Assembly: GCF_016433145.1 (NCBI RefSeq)
Contig: NC_058134.1
Location: 309,045,891-309,109,890 of the forward strand
DNA: 64,000 nucleotides
Reading direction: 5' to 3'
From: Gracilinanus agilis
Lineage: Eukaryota
How positions within the stretch are numbered: position 1 is the stretch's first letter; the number at the start of each line of letters is the position of its first letter. Made by a program: the position numbers and the translations under genes. A model generated the notes under the pieces. The model did no database searches. It saw only the letters and a list, made by a program, of their open reading frames with translations, and was not told the DNA's origin. Positions 48,321 to 60,360 of this stretch are shown here, piece after piece.

Positions 48321-50123
48321 GGGTGTTTGCACCTCCTGACAAAACCCAGGGGCCCCCACCCTGGGTCACAGCCCCCACCCCCTGGCCAGTATTAGGCCAG
48401 TATTATGGAGCATCCAGTGGGGGGCCGAGTCTCTACCCACCAGGTGTCCTGGAGAAGGAAGGCCAGCTATGGGCACCCCTGATCATAATGGAAGGAAGCC
48501 ATCTTTTCACATCCCAGTCTATGGTCCCCCTGGGTAGGGGGACATTTATAGAGCACCCACTACTATGTGCCAGGCCATGGGCCAGCCCTTCTAAATAGAC
48601 CGTTTGATCTTTACAACTACCTTGGGGAAGAAGGGGCTATTATTGTCTGTATTTTACATTTGGGGAAACTGAGGCAGGCAACAGGGAGGTGACTTGCCCA
48701 GGGACACACTGCATCTCAGCACTCAGCATGTTGTGCACTAGGCTACCGCCTGCCTCCAGAGAGTGAGTGAAGGAGAGCTTAGCTACCTCGCTCAGCCCCA
48801 GGGGTTAGGGGCTTCCTTGAGGGGATCCTGCCTCAGTGGGGCGAGGAAGCTGGGGAGCATGCCTTCCCCACCAGCAGTGAGTGTCCTGTGCAGCCAGTTG
48901 TCAAATCTGGGGAGCCCCTCCCCCCACATCAGGGCGCAGGAAACTCCAGGAGGGCAGCTGCTAGCCAGGGGGCCTGGCTCAGTCCTTTCCCCTTTGCACC
49001 TCCCGGGCCTCACCCTCACCCAGTCAGGCTCAAAGCTTCCTCTTGACCTGGGTGCTCTAGCCTGGATTCTGAGGCTTCATGCCCGAGTCTGCGGTGCCAT
49101 CTTTTCCTGAGAATGCCCAGGAGGGCACCCACCCGGGTGTCCCTCTCATGGCTAACCCTCCCTTCTGGCCCTCATTACCAGCCACTTCTCGGGCCTCTCT
49201 AAGAACCAGCAGCTCAAGCAGCCGGGGGGCAGCCGAGGCCAGATCCTCCTGCAGACATTGCCCAGCTGTGTGGCCCTGGGCAAGTCAGCCTCCTTGGGAA
49301 ATAGGAGTTTGGCCTAGATGGCACCTGAAGGAAGGCCCAGCTTTCAGGAGGTCCCATGATCAGTCTGCTGACCCAGCAGCAGCTGGGAGGGAGGAATGTC
49401 TTTCCCTTATCTCGTCCCTTCCTTGCTTATCTCCTTCTGGAAGGAGGGAGAAGGAATTCCCTTTCCAGTATCTCCTCCACCCAAGAACCCCCAGGGTTCT
49501 CTCTGCTTGAGGTCCCCAAGGAGCAGAACAGACTAGTGGGAAAAGCCTGGCAGGAGGCAGAGGGCAGGAGCTAGCCAAAGGCCAGAGCCCAGGGCCGGCC
49601 CTCCCTAGCCTCAGTCTCCCCGATCTCCTGGTCTAGGTGGTAAGATTCAGAGTCCAGCCCTGCCCTCAGTGCGTAGGTAGTGACCCTGAGACAGGCCTCC
49701 TTGGCCTCCTCAGTAAAACGGGGGTCCCAGTGCCTGCAGTATGTTGGCGACTCCCAGGGTCAGCCAGCTGGTAGATGTCAGGCAGGGTGGACCCTTGAAG
49801 CCAGCTGGATCCACTGGGCTCACTGCTTATCCTTTTTCGGGTGCCGCCATGATCTAGTGGCTGTCAGAGATCCCCTTCTTGGTGATTTTTACAAATACAG
49901 AAACTGAGTCTCAGGCTGTGCCATGACTCCCCAAAGGTCACCCAGGCACTCCGTAGCCATCTGTCCCTTCTGACTTTCTTCTGAGGCCCCTGGGCCCCAT
50001 ATCCTAGGCTTTTTTCTCAGGGAGCCCAGGGGTCTTCACATAGAGCTGGGGGCTGGGGGCGGGCACAGACAGCATCTCCTAATCTGGGCTCCCCCAGACT
50101 GCCAGGTTGGGATCAGGAGCCCT

Positions 50124-50903
50124 TCACAGCCCGCCCCCCAGGGCCCTGGCCTGCAGCCATTCCCTACGAAGGTCAATGATCTCCTGGCCATACCAGTCGT
50201 GCAGCTTGGAGAAGCAGGAGGTCTCTGGGGACACAGGACTGTCCCCCCCATTCAGGGGCAGGCAAGCCGAGCCCCAGGGGTAGTTCTCTGCCAGGCGCCG
50301 ACGGGTGCTGGGAGCGGGGAACCTTGGGCCCCCCTCATCCCATTCGGCATCCGCCAAGGGGAGTCCATCCCCGAGCCCGGGGCAGCCCTCCTCTGGCTCT
50401 GGGGGTGGCCGATGAGGCGGGGGGCCAGCCCCAGCCTGAGGCCCGGGGGGTGAGCAGGAAGCTCGGGAGGCCAGGCCCAGCTGCATCTCCCGGAGCTGCC
50501 CCTCCAGCTCTTGCACCAGCAGCCGCATGTAGCCGAAGCTGGCCCTGGAGAGCACCTTGACCCAGGCCTCCTGGTCCTCCTGATCCTCAGCCGCCAACAC
50601 ATAAGGCCGCATACCGGGACTGGCGAAGCGGATGGCAAAGGCAAACTCCTGGGGGGCCTCACACAGCTCCACGGTGCTGCCCTCCAGCACAATGAGGCCT
50701 AGGGGGGACCGGCTCTCCCGGGCCTCGAAATAGAAGAGCAGGTTCCCCTTGAGGACGAACCAGCAGCGGGGGCAGGAGCCGCTGGCACTGGGGGCAGAGG
50801 GCTGCCGGGGGCCTGGGCTGCTGCAGCGGTGCAGGAAACCCTCATGGTCAGCAGGAGAGCCGCTCACGGCGTAGTGGGCCACACTGGGCTCATTCAGCTT
50901 CAT
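50124..50903 (-). CDS. PHETA2: PHETA2 (FAM109B/Ses2), single coding exon, 259 aa
   Basis: MKLNE start; PH domain ([13 protein letters not shown]...WVKVLSRAS); coiled coil; OCRL-binding F&H motif FSKLHDWYG; acceptor at 50927/50926; synteny. Confidence 0.95.
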   Translation of the reverse strand: MKLNEPSVAHYAVSGSPADHEGFLHRCSSPGPRQPSAPSASGSCPRCWFVLKGNLLFYFEARESRSPLGLIVLEGSTVELCEAPQEFAFAIRFASPGMRPYVLAAEDQEDQEAWVKVLSRASFGYMRLLVQELEGQLREMQLGLASRASCSPPGPQAGAGPPPHRPPPEPEEGCPGLGDGLPLADAEWDEGGPRFPAPSTRRRLAENYPWGSACLPLNGGDSPVSPETSCFSKLHDWYGQEIIDLRREWLQARALGGGL

Positions 50904-52873
50904 GGCACCCGCTGCCTGCCAGGGCCCTGAGGAAGGAGGGAAGCCAAGAGGCCTGAACCAAGGGGCAAGAGCAACCCCATGTGTCCCCCTTCCCACAGTC
51001 GTGCCCAATCTGATGCCAAAGGAAGGAGGGAGAGGACCCGGCCAGAGACCCCTGGTGGGGTCCTCCCCTCCCTCAGTCTCAGGGCCATAGAAAAGGGAAC
51101 CTCAGTTCTGCATCTGTAAAATGAGGAGTGAACTCATGGGAACTGTCATAACCCTTTTTGTTCTAAGGGAGAGCTCTCAAACAAACTGAGGTGATGTCCA
51201 AAGTAACGGTGTCAAGAAAATCTGATTTCTAAAAAAGTCTGAGCCAAGCCCTCATTTTACAGATGGGGAAACTGAGGCCCCAAGGGGCAAGTGAGTCAGT
51301 CCCAGAAGTCCAGTCAGTGTTCCCCAACTGGTGATGCCATCCCTCTCCCTCCTGGTCAAGGAGCTTCTTTTGACCCCGAATTCAGGGATCTTGTCCCAAA
51401 TGAGAAGCAACGGCAAGAACCCTGGATCAGAAGTCATGTGAACTGACTCAGCCATTTACTGAATGGCTGCAGGCAAGACTGCTCTGGGCCTCAGTTTCTT
51501 CTTCTGTCGAATGGGAAGATTGGACCAACTAACCTTTGTGGTCCCCTCCAGCCAGAAATGTAGAGTCTTATGGTCTATGACTTTCCCTTTCCGTCTCAAT
51601 AAGACCTATTGATTCTTCCCTGCCTTGCCTCAATTTCCCCAACTGTAAAACGAGGGTTCCCTCAAGACCCCTTTCAGCTCCTTCATTTTCTGCACTTTGG
51701 GAAAAGAGGCAGCCTGGGCAGAGGGAAAAGTCTGGGTCCACTGGAGAGAACACTGCTCTCCCTCCCAAGCTAGGACATCCCAGTTAGGGCATTCTAAGCT
51801 CACAGCTGGTCTAGGTGTTCTCTAGGGGTGGATGCTCATCTTTCTATCTCTGGCCTTTTTCTAGTTCTCTTAGGGTGGGGCCTGACAAAGAGCATCCACC
51901 ATGATGTAGCCGGGTATCCCAGAGTCCAAAAGCATTAAGTGCCTGGCATGGGCTGGGGGGAGAGCCCCAAGAAGCTTCCAGTCTCATGGCAGACACGTGT
52001 CCCAGGCCCATAATGTTCTCTTTCTCCAGAAGATTCCCCAGGGCTGGGGCTCAATGCATACATCTGCCTTTCTTTCCCTGTCCCTGACAGCCTGAGCTGC
52101 CTCTCTGTGTGTCTGTGGGGGTGGGGGACAAGGGAGAGCCAGAGGGGTTCAGCTGTCTGGGCGACACTGGCCCCACCAGCCTCCCCCTGGAGCAGAGAGG
52201 GAGGGCCCTGATTGCTCCCACAGGAAATCAGCTGATGTCAGTGCTCTCAGCCATCTTCAGGGCCCACCTACTTGGCACTCCATGTTTACTGACTGACTTG
52301 AATCACATCATCAGCTGGGACAAGGAGTCCATATGCCTCATTTTGATGGAAGAGGAAACTGAGGCCCATTTGGGGGTTGTCCATCACAGGTTCTGCAAGC
52401 TTGAGAACCAGAGGAGGCTCCGGAGCTCATCTAGTCCAGCCTCTGCCCCTTTACTACAAAGTAAGGAAATGGCGGGTCCAGAGTTCAGATGAGGGCTCTA
52501 CCCCTTTCCTCCCATCCAGCTCTAAAAGGCGCTGAACTAGCATTCTTCCCGTTCTGGGGGCACCCAGATCCTCCCAGACTCCAGGCATGTGACTCCTTTC
52601 TTGTCCCTCCCTCTGGGTGCCCCAGGGAGGATTCTGGAGAATGGGGCCCAGGGCCAGAGCAGAGTGGCTCCGCCCCTTTCTCCTCCTCACCCAGCCCAGG
52701 ACCCAAATGGACAGATAGGGGAGAGGAGAGGGCCAGGGAGTGCAGGCTCCAGGCCTTCCCAGGGAGCCACGTGGCAGCACCGCCCCAGTGCACCCCGGGG
52801 CTGTTTAGTGGCCCAACAACCCATTTTGGACATCCCCTAACTTGAACTCGGTGCCCAACGGGCCGGGCTTTAC

Positions 52874-53030
52874 CTGACTTGGGATCCTAGATTTCGCTTT
52901 TCCAGAGCCCCATCCCGGAGCGAGAAGGCAGCCAGAAAGGAGGGCGGGAAAGAAGGCAGCAGCAGAGGGGAAGGGCTGAGCCAGCCCCGGATTTGGGCAG
53001 AGCTCAAGCTCTGGGGTTTGTTCGGCAGCT
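52874..53030 (-). other. PHETA2: Candidate PHETA2 5' non-coding exon (5' boundary uncertain)
   Basis: Strong minus-strand donor CAG|gtaaag at 52874/52873, between the promoter and the coding exon. Confidence 0.45.
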
Positions 53031-53067
53031 GGATGGAGGGAAGGAGGGAGGGGGGGAGGCAGAGCCC

Positions 53068-53091
53068 GGAGGAGGAGGAGGAGGAGGAGGA
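53068..53091. repeat. (GGA)8
   Basis: Read directly. Confidence 0.95.
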
Positions 53092-53616
53092 GGGCCCTCC
53101 CACCCACAGGATGGAGAGGCCCCGAGTAGGGAAGGGGAAGAGACCCAACCCAGGGAAGGCAGCGCTGCCGAGAACCTGGTCCCCTCGGGAGAGCTTCGAA
53201 CAAGGCCTGGCAGGCCTGGCAGGGCCTTAGGATGGGGAAGAAAGGGCCGGAGAGACACAAATGAGAGCCAGGGAGGCTGGGCCACAGGACCCAAAAGGAT
53301 GGGTGTTGGAGGGGGCGCGGAACGCCTCGGCCCTCGGACCCTCCCAGGGGAGCGGCCAATGTGGAAGCAGGCCCCGGGGGCCCCCAAACCCCGCATTGCC
53401 CACGAGATTGAGGGGAGCAAAGGAGGTCCCTGGCGAAGAACTGGAAAGGGAGGACGAGGTGGCGGGGAATGCGATCGCCTCGGGGGAAAGGACGAGCGGG
53501 CCGAGCTCGAAAAGCCCGGAAAGACTGCTCTGAACCGATGCAAAGTGAGCCTCGCGTCTACGGGCCAGAAAAATCGCGCCCAGCTCCGCGGCTCTCATCA
53601 GCAAAGCAAATGGCCC

Positions 53617-53630
53617 CCGCCAGGGGGCGC
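53617..53630 (+). promoter_or_regulatory. CTCF consensus site
   Basis: CCGCCAGGGGGCGC, an exact match to the core motif. Confidence 0.65.
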
Positions 53631-54078
53631 TCGTGGGTGCGAGGGCGGCGTTTCTCCCGTTCTCCAGCCCAGAGGGCCAGAAGGCCGAGGCTAAAAGGCC
53701 CGAAAGCGCTTCTACCCTCGGGGAAGAAACCGAAAGTAAAGGCCGGGGCCTGCGGCCACCGAGACGGATCCCCGAGAGTCAGCGGCGACTGAAAGGCCAG
53801 CTAGGCCAGGGAGAAGCGGAGCGAGAAGGAGGCGGAAGCCCAAATGTCGCGGCGGCCAGGCCGGGCTGCGCGCTGGGGGATGGGAGAGGAAGGCGGGGCC
53901 GGAGCCCAGGGGCGTCGCCACCGGGCTGGGCTCCGCGGGGGGGCGTCCCCTACCACAGCTACGAGCTCGGGCGGCCTCGGGGCGGGGCTCTTCGGAAGAG
54001 CTGGCCGGGGATGGCCGGGTGACGCACTCGATCCCGCCCCTCGGCTCGGCCCGCCTGATTGGTGGGTGGTAGTGGGCG

Positions 54079-54088
54079 GTCACGTGGG
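54079..54088 (+). promoter_or_regulatory. CLEAR/E-box element (TFEB/TFE3/USF)
   Basis: GTCACGTGGG just upstream of the lysosomal gene NAGA. Confidence 0.65.
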
Positions 54089-54094
54089 TGCCGG

Positions 54095-54165
54095 ACAAGT
54101 ACCGGAGTTCCCCCCGGCCTCGGGCAGCCGTGCAGACTGGAGCCGTCTCTGCCGCAGCCGGCCAG
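54095..54165 (+). other. NAGA: Probable NAGA non-coding exon 1 (start approximate)
   Basis: Perfect donor CAG|gtgagt at 54165/54166; no ATG in the exon. Confidence 0.65.
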
Positions 54166-54707
54166 GTGAGTGAGTGACCCTCTGGGCAGACTCTGAGGGC
54201 GTGCGACCTGGACCTCAGTCTCCCTGCGTGTAAAGCCAGGGGCCCGGGCCTCCCGGCTTTAATCCTGGGCGCTCCGATGCGCACTCGCTGCTATCTCCCC
54301 GTGCCTCAGTTCCCCCATCTGGAGGAGGTGTGAGGCCCCCCGGGGCTCTCGGGCTTTGACCCCTTCCAGGCAGCAGCCGAAAGCTGGCAAGCCTCTCCGG
54401 GCCTCAGTTTCTTCTGCAGTCAAGTGAGGGGCCGGCCGGGACAACCTCCAAGCCCCGCCCCCCCATCCCCAGTCTTTGCTCCGTGCCGCCAGTCGGTCCA
54501 TCTGGCCTTCCTCATTTTCTTTTAACGTGAAATGGGCTTGGGGCTCCGGGGAGGCCCGCCTTTGGGGGCCCTTCAGGGTCAGGTAGTTGGGCCTGCAGGA
54601 GCCCACCCTGATCTAGGAGGTGCTACTCACTCAGAGGGCCTGGGGTGGGAGTGGGCAGGAATGCCGAGGATGACAGGGTTGGGCAGGGTTAGGCTGGGAG
54701 GCTTCTC

Positions 54708-54731
54708 GGAGGAGGAGGAGGAGGAGGAGGA
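54708..54731. repeat. (GGA)8
   Basis: Read directly. Confidence 0.95.
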
Positions 54732-55052
54732 GGTCTCCCATGCCGAAGGGCAGCGGGAATTGAGTGGGGGGATACAAAAGGGGGGCACTTGGTTGGCCTT
54801 TTCCCACCTGGTCCTACTGATCTTCTGGAAGCTGGACCCTGGCTGGCACTGCCAGAGGGTCCTGGGGATCGGGAAGCTCCCAGCAGGCAGCCTGGCACTG
54901 CCCTGTTCCCTTCCAAGCCCCAGGGCCCTGCTGAGGGTTTGTTGGCTTTCCCAATGGAGTTGAGATTGGAGATGGCTCTTCTTCCCAGCCACCTGCCCCG
55001 GGCTCTCCTGCCCCAACCCCACGGCTTCCCTCCCTCCCTCTAGGGCTCAGCC

Positions 55053-55201
55053 ATGAAGCTCCTAGTGGCCTTGCTGGCCCTGCTGGCCCAAGGGTTCTCT
55101 CTGGAGAATGGGCTGATGAGGACACCCCCCATGGGCTGGCTGGCCTGGGAACGCTACCGCTGCAACATCGACTGCAAGGAGGACCCAGACAACTGCATCA
55201 A
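55053..55201 (+). CDS. NAGA: NAGA first coding exon (signal peptide [16 protein letters not shown], then [17 protein letters not shown])
   Basis: GH27 N-terminus; acceptor ccctccctctag at 55043; AA|gtgggt donor. Confidence 0.9.
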
Positions 55202-55460
55202 GTGGGTGCGGGCGGGCAGAGGCCACCTTGAGGCCTCCGTGGGGCTCCCCCTGGCTCAGTCAGCCTTGGGGCTGCAAGGACGCCCCCTTCGTGGCGGGGA
55301 GAAGTTCTCTTGGGGGCCTGGGCCCCGAGCGGGGGGCTGGCAGGCCCGGAGCTTGGGCTGCAAGTTGGGGGGATGGGAAGAGCCCCGAGCTCCCAGGGGA
55401 GGGGCGGGAGAGGCTCCCGCTTCCCACAGTCCCAGCGAGGCTCCCATCTCCACGCGGCAG

Positions 55461-55635
55461 CGAGCACCTGTTCATGGACATGGCTGACCGGCTGGCAGAG
55501 GACGGCTGGAGGGACCTGGGCTACGACTACGTCAACATCGATGACTGCTGGATGGCGATGAAGCGGGACAAGGACGGGGTCCTGGTGCCCGACCCGGAGA
55601 GGTTCCCCAGCGGCATCCGGGCCCTGGCAGACTAC
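55461..55635 (+). CDS. NAGA: NAGA exon (YVNIDDCW)
   Basis: 175 nt; phase 2 to 0. Confidence 0.97.
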
Positions 55636-55720
55636 GTGAGCTGGGGGCAGGGCTGGGGGGGCCCCCACCCAGGGACGCCGTGGCCTCCCGTCCTGAGCCC
55701 TCTCTGTGCCCTGCTGGCAG

Positions 55721-55898
55721 GTTCACTCGCGGGGTCTGAAGCTGGGCATCTACGGAGACATGGGCAGCATGACCTGCATGGGGTACCCGGGCACCACGTT
55801 GGCTGAGGTGGTCCTGGACGCCCAGACCTTCGCCAGCTGGGGAGTGGACATGCTAAAGCTGGACGGCTGCTACTCGAGCAGCCTAGAACGTGCCAAGG
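55721..55898 (+). CDS. NAGA: NAGA exon (nucleophile, LKLDGC)
   Basis: 178 nt. Confidence 0.97.
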
Positions 55899-56312
55899 GT
55901 GGGTGCTCTGTCTTCCAAGGGAGACGGCCCCGGGGCACCCCGAGCCTGCCCGGGAGGAGTCCCCGGGGCTCTGGGCCATGGCGGGCCAGTGTTGGGGCAG
56001 GCCGGAGGGACGAGAGGGGCCCAGGCAGAGGGAGGGCTGCCCCAGCAGGCCCCTTTCCCTCCTTTGGGGAATCAAATAAGGAGAGTCCGGGAGGTCCCAA
56101 GGTGGGGCGGCGAGGGTGGCTCCATGGGCGGAGAGCCAGGCCTGGAGGTAGGAGTCCTGGGTTCCAATCTGGCCTCTGTTTGCGACCCCGGGCAAGTCTC
56201 TTAGCCCCATTGCCCAGCCCTGCTTCGTACCCAGGCCAAGACAGAGGGGAAGGTTTCAAATGAAACCAAGGCTCGGGCCTTCCTTGACCGGTGGGTGCTC
56301 GTATGTCTCCAG

Positions 56313-56407
56313 GCTATCCCGCTATGGCCAAAGCCCTGAACGCCACCGGCCGCTCCATCGGCTACTCCTGCAGCTGGCCGGCCTACGACGGGGGCCTCCC
56401 TCCCGAG
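56313..56407 (+). CDS. NAGA: NAGA exon (SCSWPAY specificity loop)
   Basis: 95 nt; Ser/Ala identify NAGA rather than GLA (SCEWPLY). Confidence 0.97.
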
Positions 56408-56580
56408 GTGAGCCACCGGTGCGCCCCCCAGCCCTCGGCAGCACAAAGTCCAGGAGGAGGCCCGGGAAGGGCAGCCGGAGCCCCACAGGGCTGGACTCTT
56501 CCCATCTCGGGAGGGGATCTCCGAGGGGGAACCTCGCCTGTGGCTGGGGGGGCCCGGTTGACCCAGCCACCTACTTCCAG

Positions 56581-56742
56581 GTGAACTACACCCTCCTGGC
56601 AGACATCTGCAACCTGTGGCGCAACTTTGACGACATCGAGGACTCGTGGCAGAGCGTCCTCTCCATCGTGGACTGGTTCTCGGAGCACCAGGACGTGCTG
56701 CAGCCCATGGCCGGCCCTGGGCACTGGAACGACCCCGACATG
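56581..56742 (+). CDS. NAGA: NAGA exon (acid/base, WRNFDDI; WNDPDM)
   Basis: 162 nt. Confidence 0.97.
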
Positions 56743-57467
56743 GTACGGGCCGGGGCCGTGGTCTGGGGGGGCTGGTGTGGCCTCTTCAGGAGGAACGCCG
56801 GCTCGTCCCGAGGCAGGAACTGAACCCGGGTCTCCCCGCTGCCGGGTCTCCCTTCAACGCTCGTACTTGGGGTTCACCACTTGAGGGCCTGTTTCCAGCT
56901 TCATCCTCCAGCTGAAACCTCGGGCCCCAGAGTCCCACGGCCTGAGGGTCTCTCCGGTCCCAATTCTCCATCCCCCTCCCCTCCCGGGTGGGTGTGCAGG
57001 ACGGGGGTGGCTGCTGTCCGGCACCCCGTCCCGGGCCTTCTTCTGCCCTTTCTTGCCCTCCCTCTCTGAGGAGCCTCCTCCACTCCCCTGGGTTGACCCC
57101 TCTCCCGGCAGTGCCCAGACCCCCATCTCCAGCCCCAGTTTGCCCCCCCGCGCTTCCACCCTGGAGACACAAAGGGTCGCCTCCTTCCTTCCAAACTTCC
57201 CTCTGGGGGGCTGCTGGGTCCAGGGGAAATTCAAGCCTCCCTGAGCAGCGAGTGCCCGGGCCCCCCAACACAGGCGCCGGGGGACCCCCGGGGGCCACCG
57301 GCATTCCAAGGACGAGCTCAAGTAAGGGTTAAGGCCCCAGGGCTGAGACTCTTGGGGATCCCTCCCTCCATCGGGGGACCCTCGCAGGGTGTGTTTCTTG
57401 GGGCATCACCCAGAAGACCCCAGAGTCCAGGCCCGACTCAGTGGGCGCCCCCTTCCTCATCCCTCAG

Positions 57468-57665
57468 CTACTTATAGGGAACTACGGGCTGAGCTTTGAG
57501 CAGGCCAAGGCCCAGATGGCCCTGTGGACGGTGCTGGCGGCTCCGCTCTTCATGTCCACCGACCTCCGCACCATCTCGCCGCAGAACGTGGACATTCTGC
57601 AGAACAAACTCATGATCCGCATCAACCAGGACCCCCTGGGCATCCAGGGCCGCAGAGTCCTCCAG
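57468..57665 (+). CDS. NAGA: NAGA exon (LLIGNYGLS...NQDPLGIQG)
   Basis: 198 nt. Confidence 0.97.
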
Positions 57666-57767
57666 GTAGGAGGCGGGGGGCCCAGGCTGGAGAGGCCCTC
57701 GGGGTGCTCCCGGCCCTGACCCAGGCAGGCCGGACCGAGCGCCTTCTGGCTTCTCTGTGCCCCTCAG

Positions 57768-57911
57768 ACCAAGCACCACATCGAGGTGTTCGTGCGGCCC
57801 CTGGCCAAGGACGCCAGCGCCGTCGTCTTCTTCAGCCGCCGGACGGACATGCCCTACCGCTACCGGACCTCGCTGGGGGCTCTCAACTTCACCGGGCACG
57901 CGCTCTACGAG
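57768..57911 (+). CDS. NAGA: NAGA exon (IEVFVRPL...[10 protein letters not shown])
   Basis: 144 nt. Confidence 0.97.
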
Positions 57912-57996
57912 GTGAGTCTCCCCGGGGGCTCGGCGCTGGCGCCGCTCTCGCGGCTCCCCCTGCCGGGCGCTGACGCTCGCGGTGCTCCTTCTCCAG

Positions 57997-58134
57997 GCCC
58001 AGGACGTCTACTCGGAGAACATCATCAGCGGCCTCAAGCACGACACCGACTTCACGGTGCTCATCAACCCGTCGGGCGTCGTCATGTGGCACGTGTACCC
58101 CATCGTGGGCAAGGAAGGGCTCCCCTGGTTGTGA
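57997..58134 (+). CDS. NAGA: NAGA terminal coding exon (AQDVYS...INPSGVVMW...GLPWL*); protein 412 aa
   Basis: 138 nt including TGA. Confidence 0.96.
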   Translation, partial: AQDVYSENIISGLKHDTDFTVLINPSGVVMWHVYPIVGKEGLPWL

Positions 58135-58415
58135 AGCCTCCTGGGATTCTGACCGCCAGGACCGGGATGCGGCGTCGCTGCTGGCCGGAGCCCAGGGCCT
58201 TCGCTCCTGCCCCGTCACTCCCTGGACTTGGGGCGCCCCCGGGGGCCTGGCCTGGCCCTCCTTCGTTCCCTTGGCCAGCTGGGCCCGGCGGGCCTTCCTG
58301 GCTCTGAAAGCTGGGCCTCTCTAGGCAGATGGGAGGATGGAGGGGGCGAGGGGCGGCGGCACCCAAAGCTCTCCCGGCGGTGCCCCGACCCTGCCCTGGC
58401 TGCCCCCGAGACCTT

Positions 58416-58421
58416 AATAAA
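58416..58421 (+). terminator. NAGA polyadenylation signal
   Basis: First AATAAA after the stop. Confidence 0.8.
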
Positions 58422-60360
58422 GCGACTCTTTAACAGATGATCCGGGCACTGATTTGTGGGAGGGGTGGGCACCTCTGGGCATAGCTGGCCTGGGTGGGCA
58501 ATGCGCCGATCCGGCTCGGCTTGGGGACCAGCTCCGAGGCCTCGGGGGCCCCTCTGGGACGGGGCAGTCACGGCCGCGAGCTTCCGAGGCCATAAAAATG
58601 TTCGTGCTCTGCCGAGCCCGACAGCAGGGCTGCAGGCAGAAGCTGGGCAGGGTCCAAACGGCCTCCTGGGGTAGAAGTGCAAGTCTGCACTGCCCGTGAG
58701 AAAGCGGGCCCAGAGGGGGCATGGGCTTGTCTGGGGTCCCCCCGCCAGAATTCGAACCCAGGCCTTCCGGCGGCCTCTACTCCTGGAGAAGTGTTTCCCT
58801 TTCTGGCTTAGACCTAGTCCGGGTTGCCTGAGAGCTAGTGCTGCCTGCTCTGCCCATGCCAGCTGACCGGCCTGGCTTGGACATCATGACCATCAATCCT
58901 GCTGTCAGTCAAAGCAACTGCTATGTGCTCGCGTGGGCCTGGGTGTGGGGGGACACGAGGGAAGGCAGAAGGTGGGGGGACGACGCGGGACCGGACCAGC
59001 AGCCGGAGGAGAGGCTTCTCCACTGCTGCAGCCCTTCAAGCTCCCAGCCTCAGTTTCCTCATCTGTAAAATGGAGATGGGGCTCCTGCAGGAGTACGAAG
59101 GACCCTCTTCCCCTGGGATAGGCATTGTTGGGGGCCAGCGGGGCCTCGATGATGCTGAGGGCGGCGGCCTGGGCTCAGGAGGCCCCGTCTTGTGCCCAGA
59201 GGTGGGGGCGGCAGCAGGGAAGTCCGGCCTGTGTCTGAGGGCGGGCACCTTCCCTACTGCCCCGTGGCACAGCTGCTCGGAAGGGCCCCGGACCCTGCAG
59301 AGCCTGCTGGCTAGTGAAGGACTGGGCCCGGCCCCAGGCTGCCAGGGCAGGAAGGGCATCAGCCAGTCTGTGCCCATCCGGGGCTTTGCCAGAGCCTCTT
59401 GTTCCCCCATTGCGGGGCATCATGGGCCGCTCTGGTGGTACTTGGACGGTGGCCAGCTTGGCCCGGGCAGCGAGGAGGGAGAAATTGGAAAAGCAGAATC
59501 TGGGCGCGGAAACTCCTTCCTGGAGAGGGAGGGACGTCGCCACAGTCCGGCTTGACCCAACAGGCTGACGGCGGACGTGCAGAGGGCTCGACGAGAACGC
59601 CTGCGGGAGGTCAGAGCCCCGGGCGGTGTCGGCTTCTAGGTGCTCCCCTTTGGCAGCCTCGGCCTCGCCCCGTCCTCCCCTCTGAAGGGGCCTCGGTGTC
59701 CTCTCGGCACGAGCAGTTTCTGCCCCCCCCCACCCCCACCCCCGTTGTCTTTGCCGTGTGCCAGAGACATCTCCGGCCCCTTTTCGAACCCTTCCCTTCT
59801 GTCTCAGGATCAATACTGGGAAGAGGGCTAGACGTGTCCAGGGTCACCAAGCTAGAAGTGACCGAGGCCAGATTTGGGCCAGGACCTCCCGTCTGCGGGC
59901 CGGGCTCTCCCCGCTAAGCCACCCGGCGGCCCCTTCACCCCTTCTAATAAACCAATCCGCATCCCGACCCTCCCTGTAAGCGGCTGCCCCCCCTCCCCGA
60001 GGGGGCCAGAGAGCTCCAGCTGCGGCCTCAGAGCCCGCTCACTGGCCGCCCAGCCTCGGGAGCATAATACCACGAATACCGGCTAACACCTCCAAAGCAC
60101 TCGCTAGGTGCCCGGCGCCGTTAAACGCTTTACAAGCATCACAAGCATCGGTCCTCAACAACTCATTCCCATTTTGGGGAAACCGAGGCAGACAGCGGTT
60201 CAGTGGCCGGCCCCGGGTCCCACAGCGAGTCACGCTGGAACTCATCTCGCTGCCTCCCGGCCTGGTGCTCTGCTGTCCTCGAGGTCCCGTGTGTGTAAAG
60301 GCCAGGCGAGGAAAGAGCCGTCCAGCCCAGCGCCCCTGACGCGGCTTTATTCCCAGCGAG

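Larger units (their letters stand above)
53300..54300. promoter_or_regulatory. CpG island / bidirectional PHETA2-NAGA promoter
   Basis: Dense CpG, GC boxes and inverted CCAAT (54058-54062) between divergent genes. Confidence 0.8.

Noticed and set aside
47399-48598. 399-aa plus-strand ORF
   Set aside because: Antisense shadow of SMDT1 and its CpG island, running through MIR sequence; low complexity.
50904-51008. N-terminal extension of the PHETA2 ORF in the track
   Set aside because: Crosses the splice acceptor at 50927; the MKLNE start gives the expected 259 aa.
58923-59555. 210-aa plus-strand ORF or alternative NAGA last exon (acceptor at 59090, AATAAA at 59946)
   Set aside because: Runs through a MIR; poor pyrimidine tract; no recognisable product.
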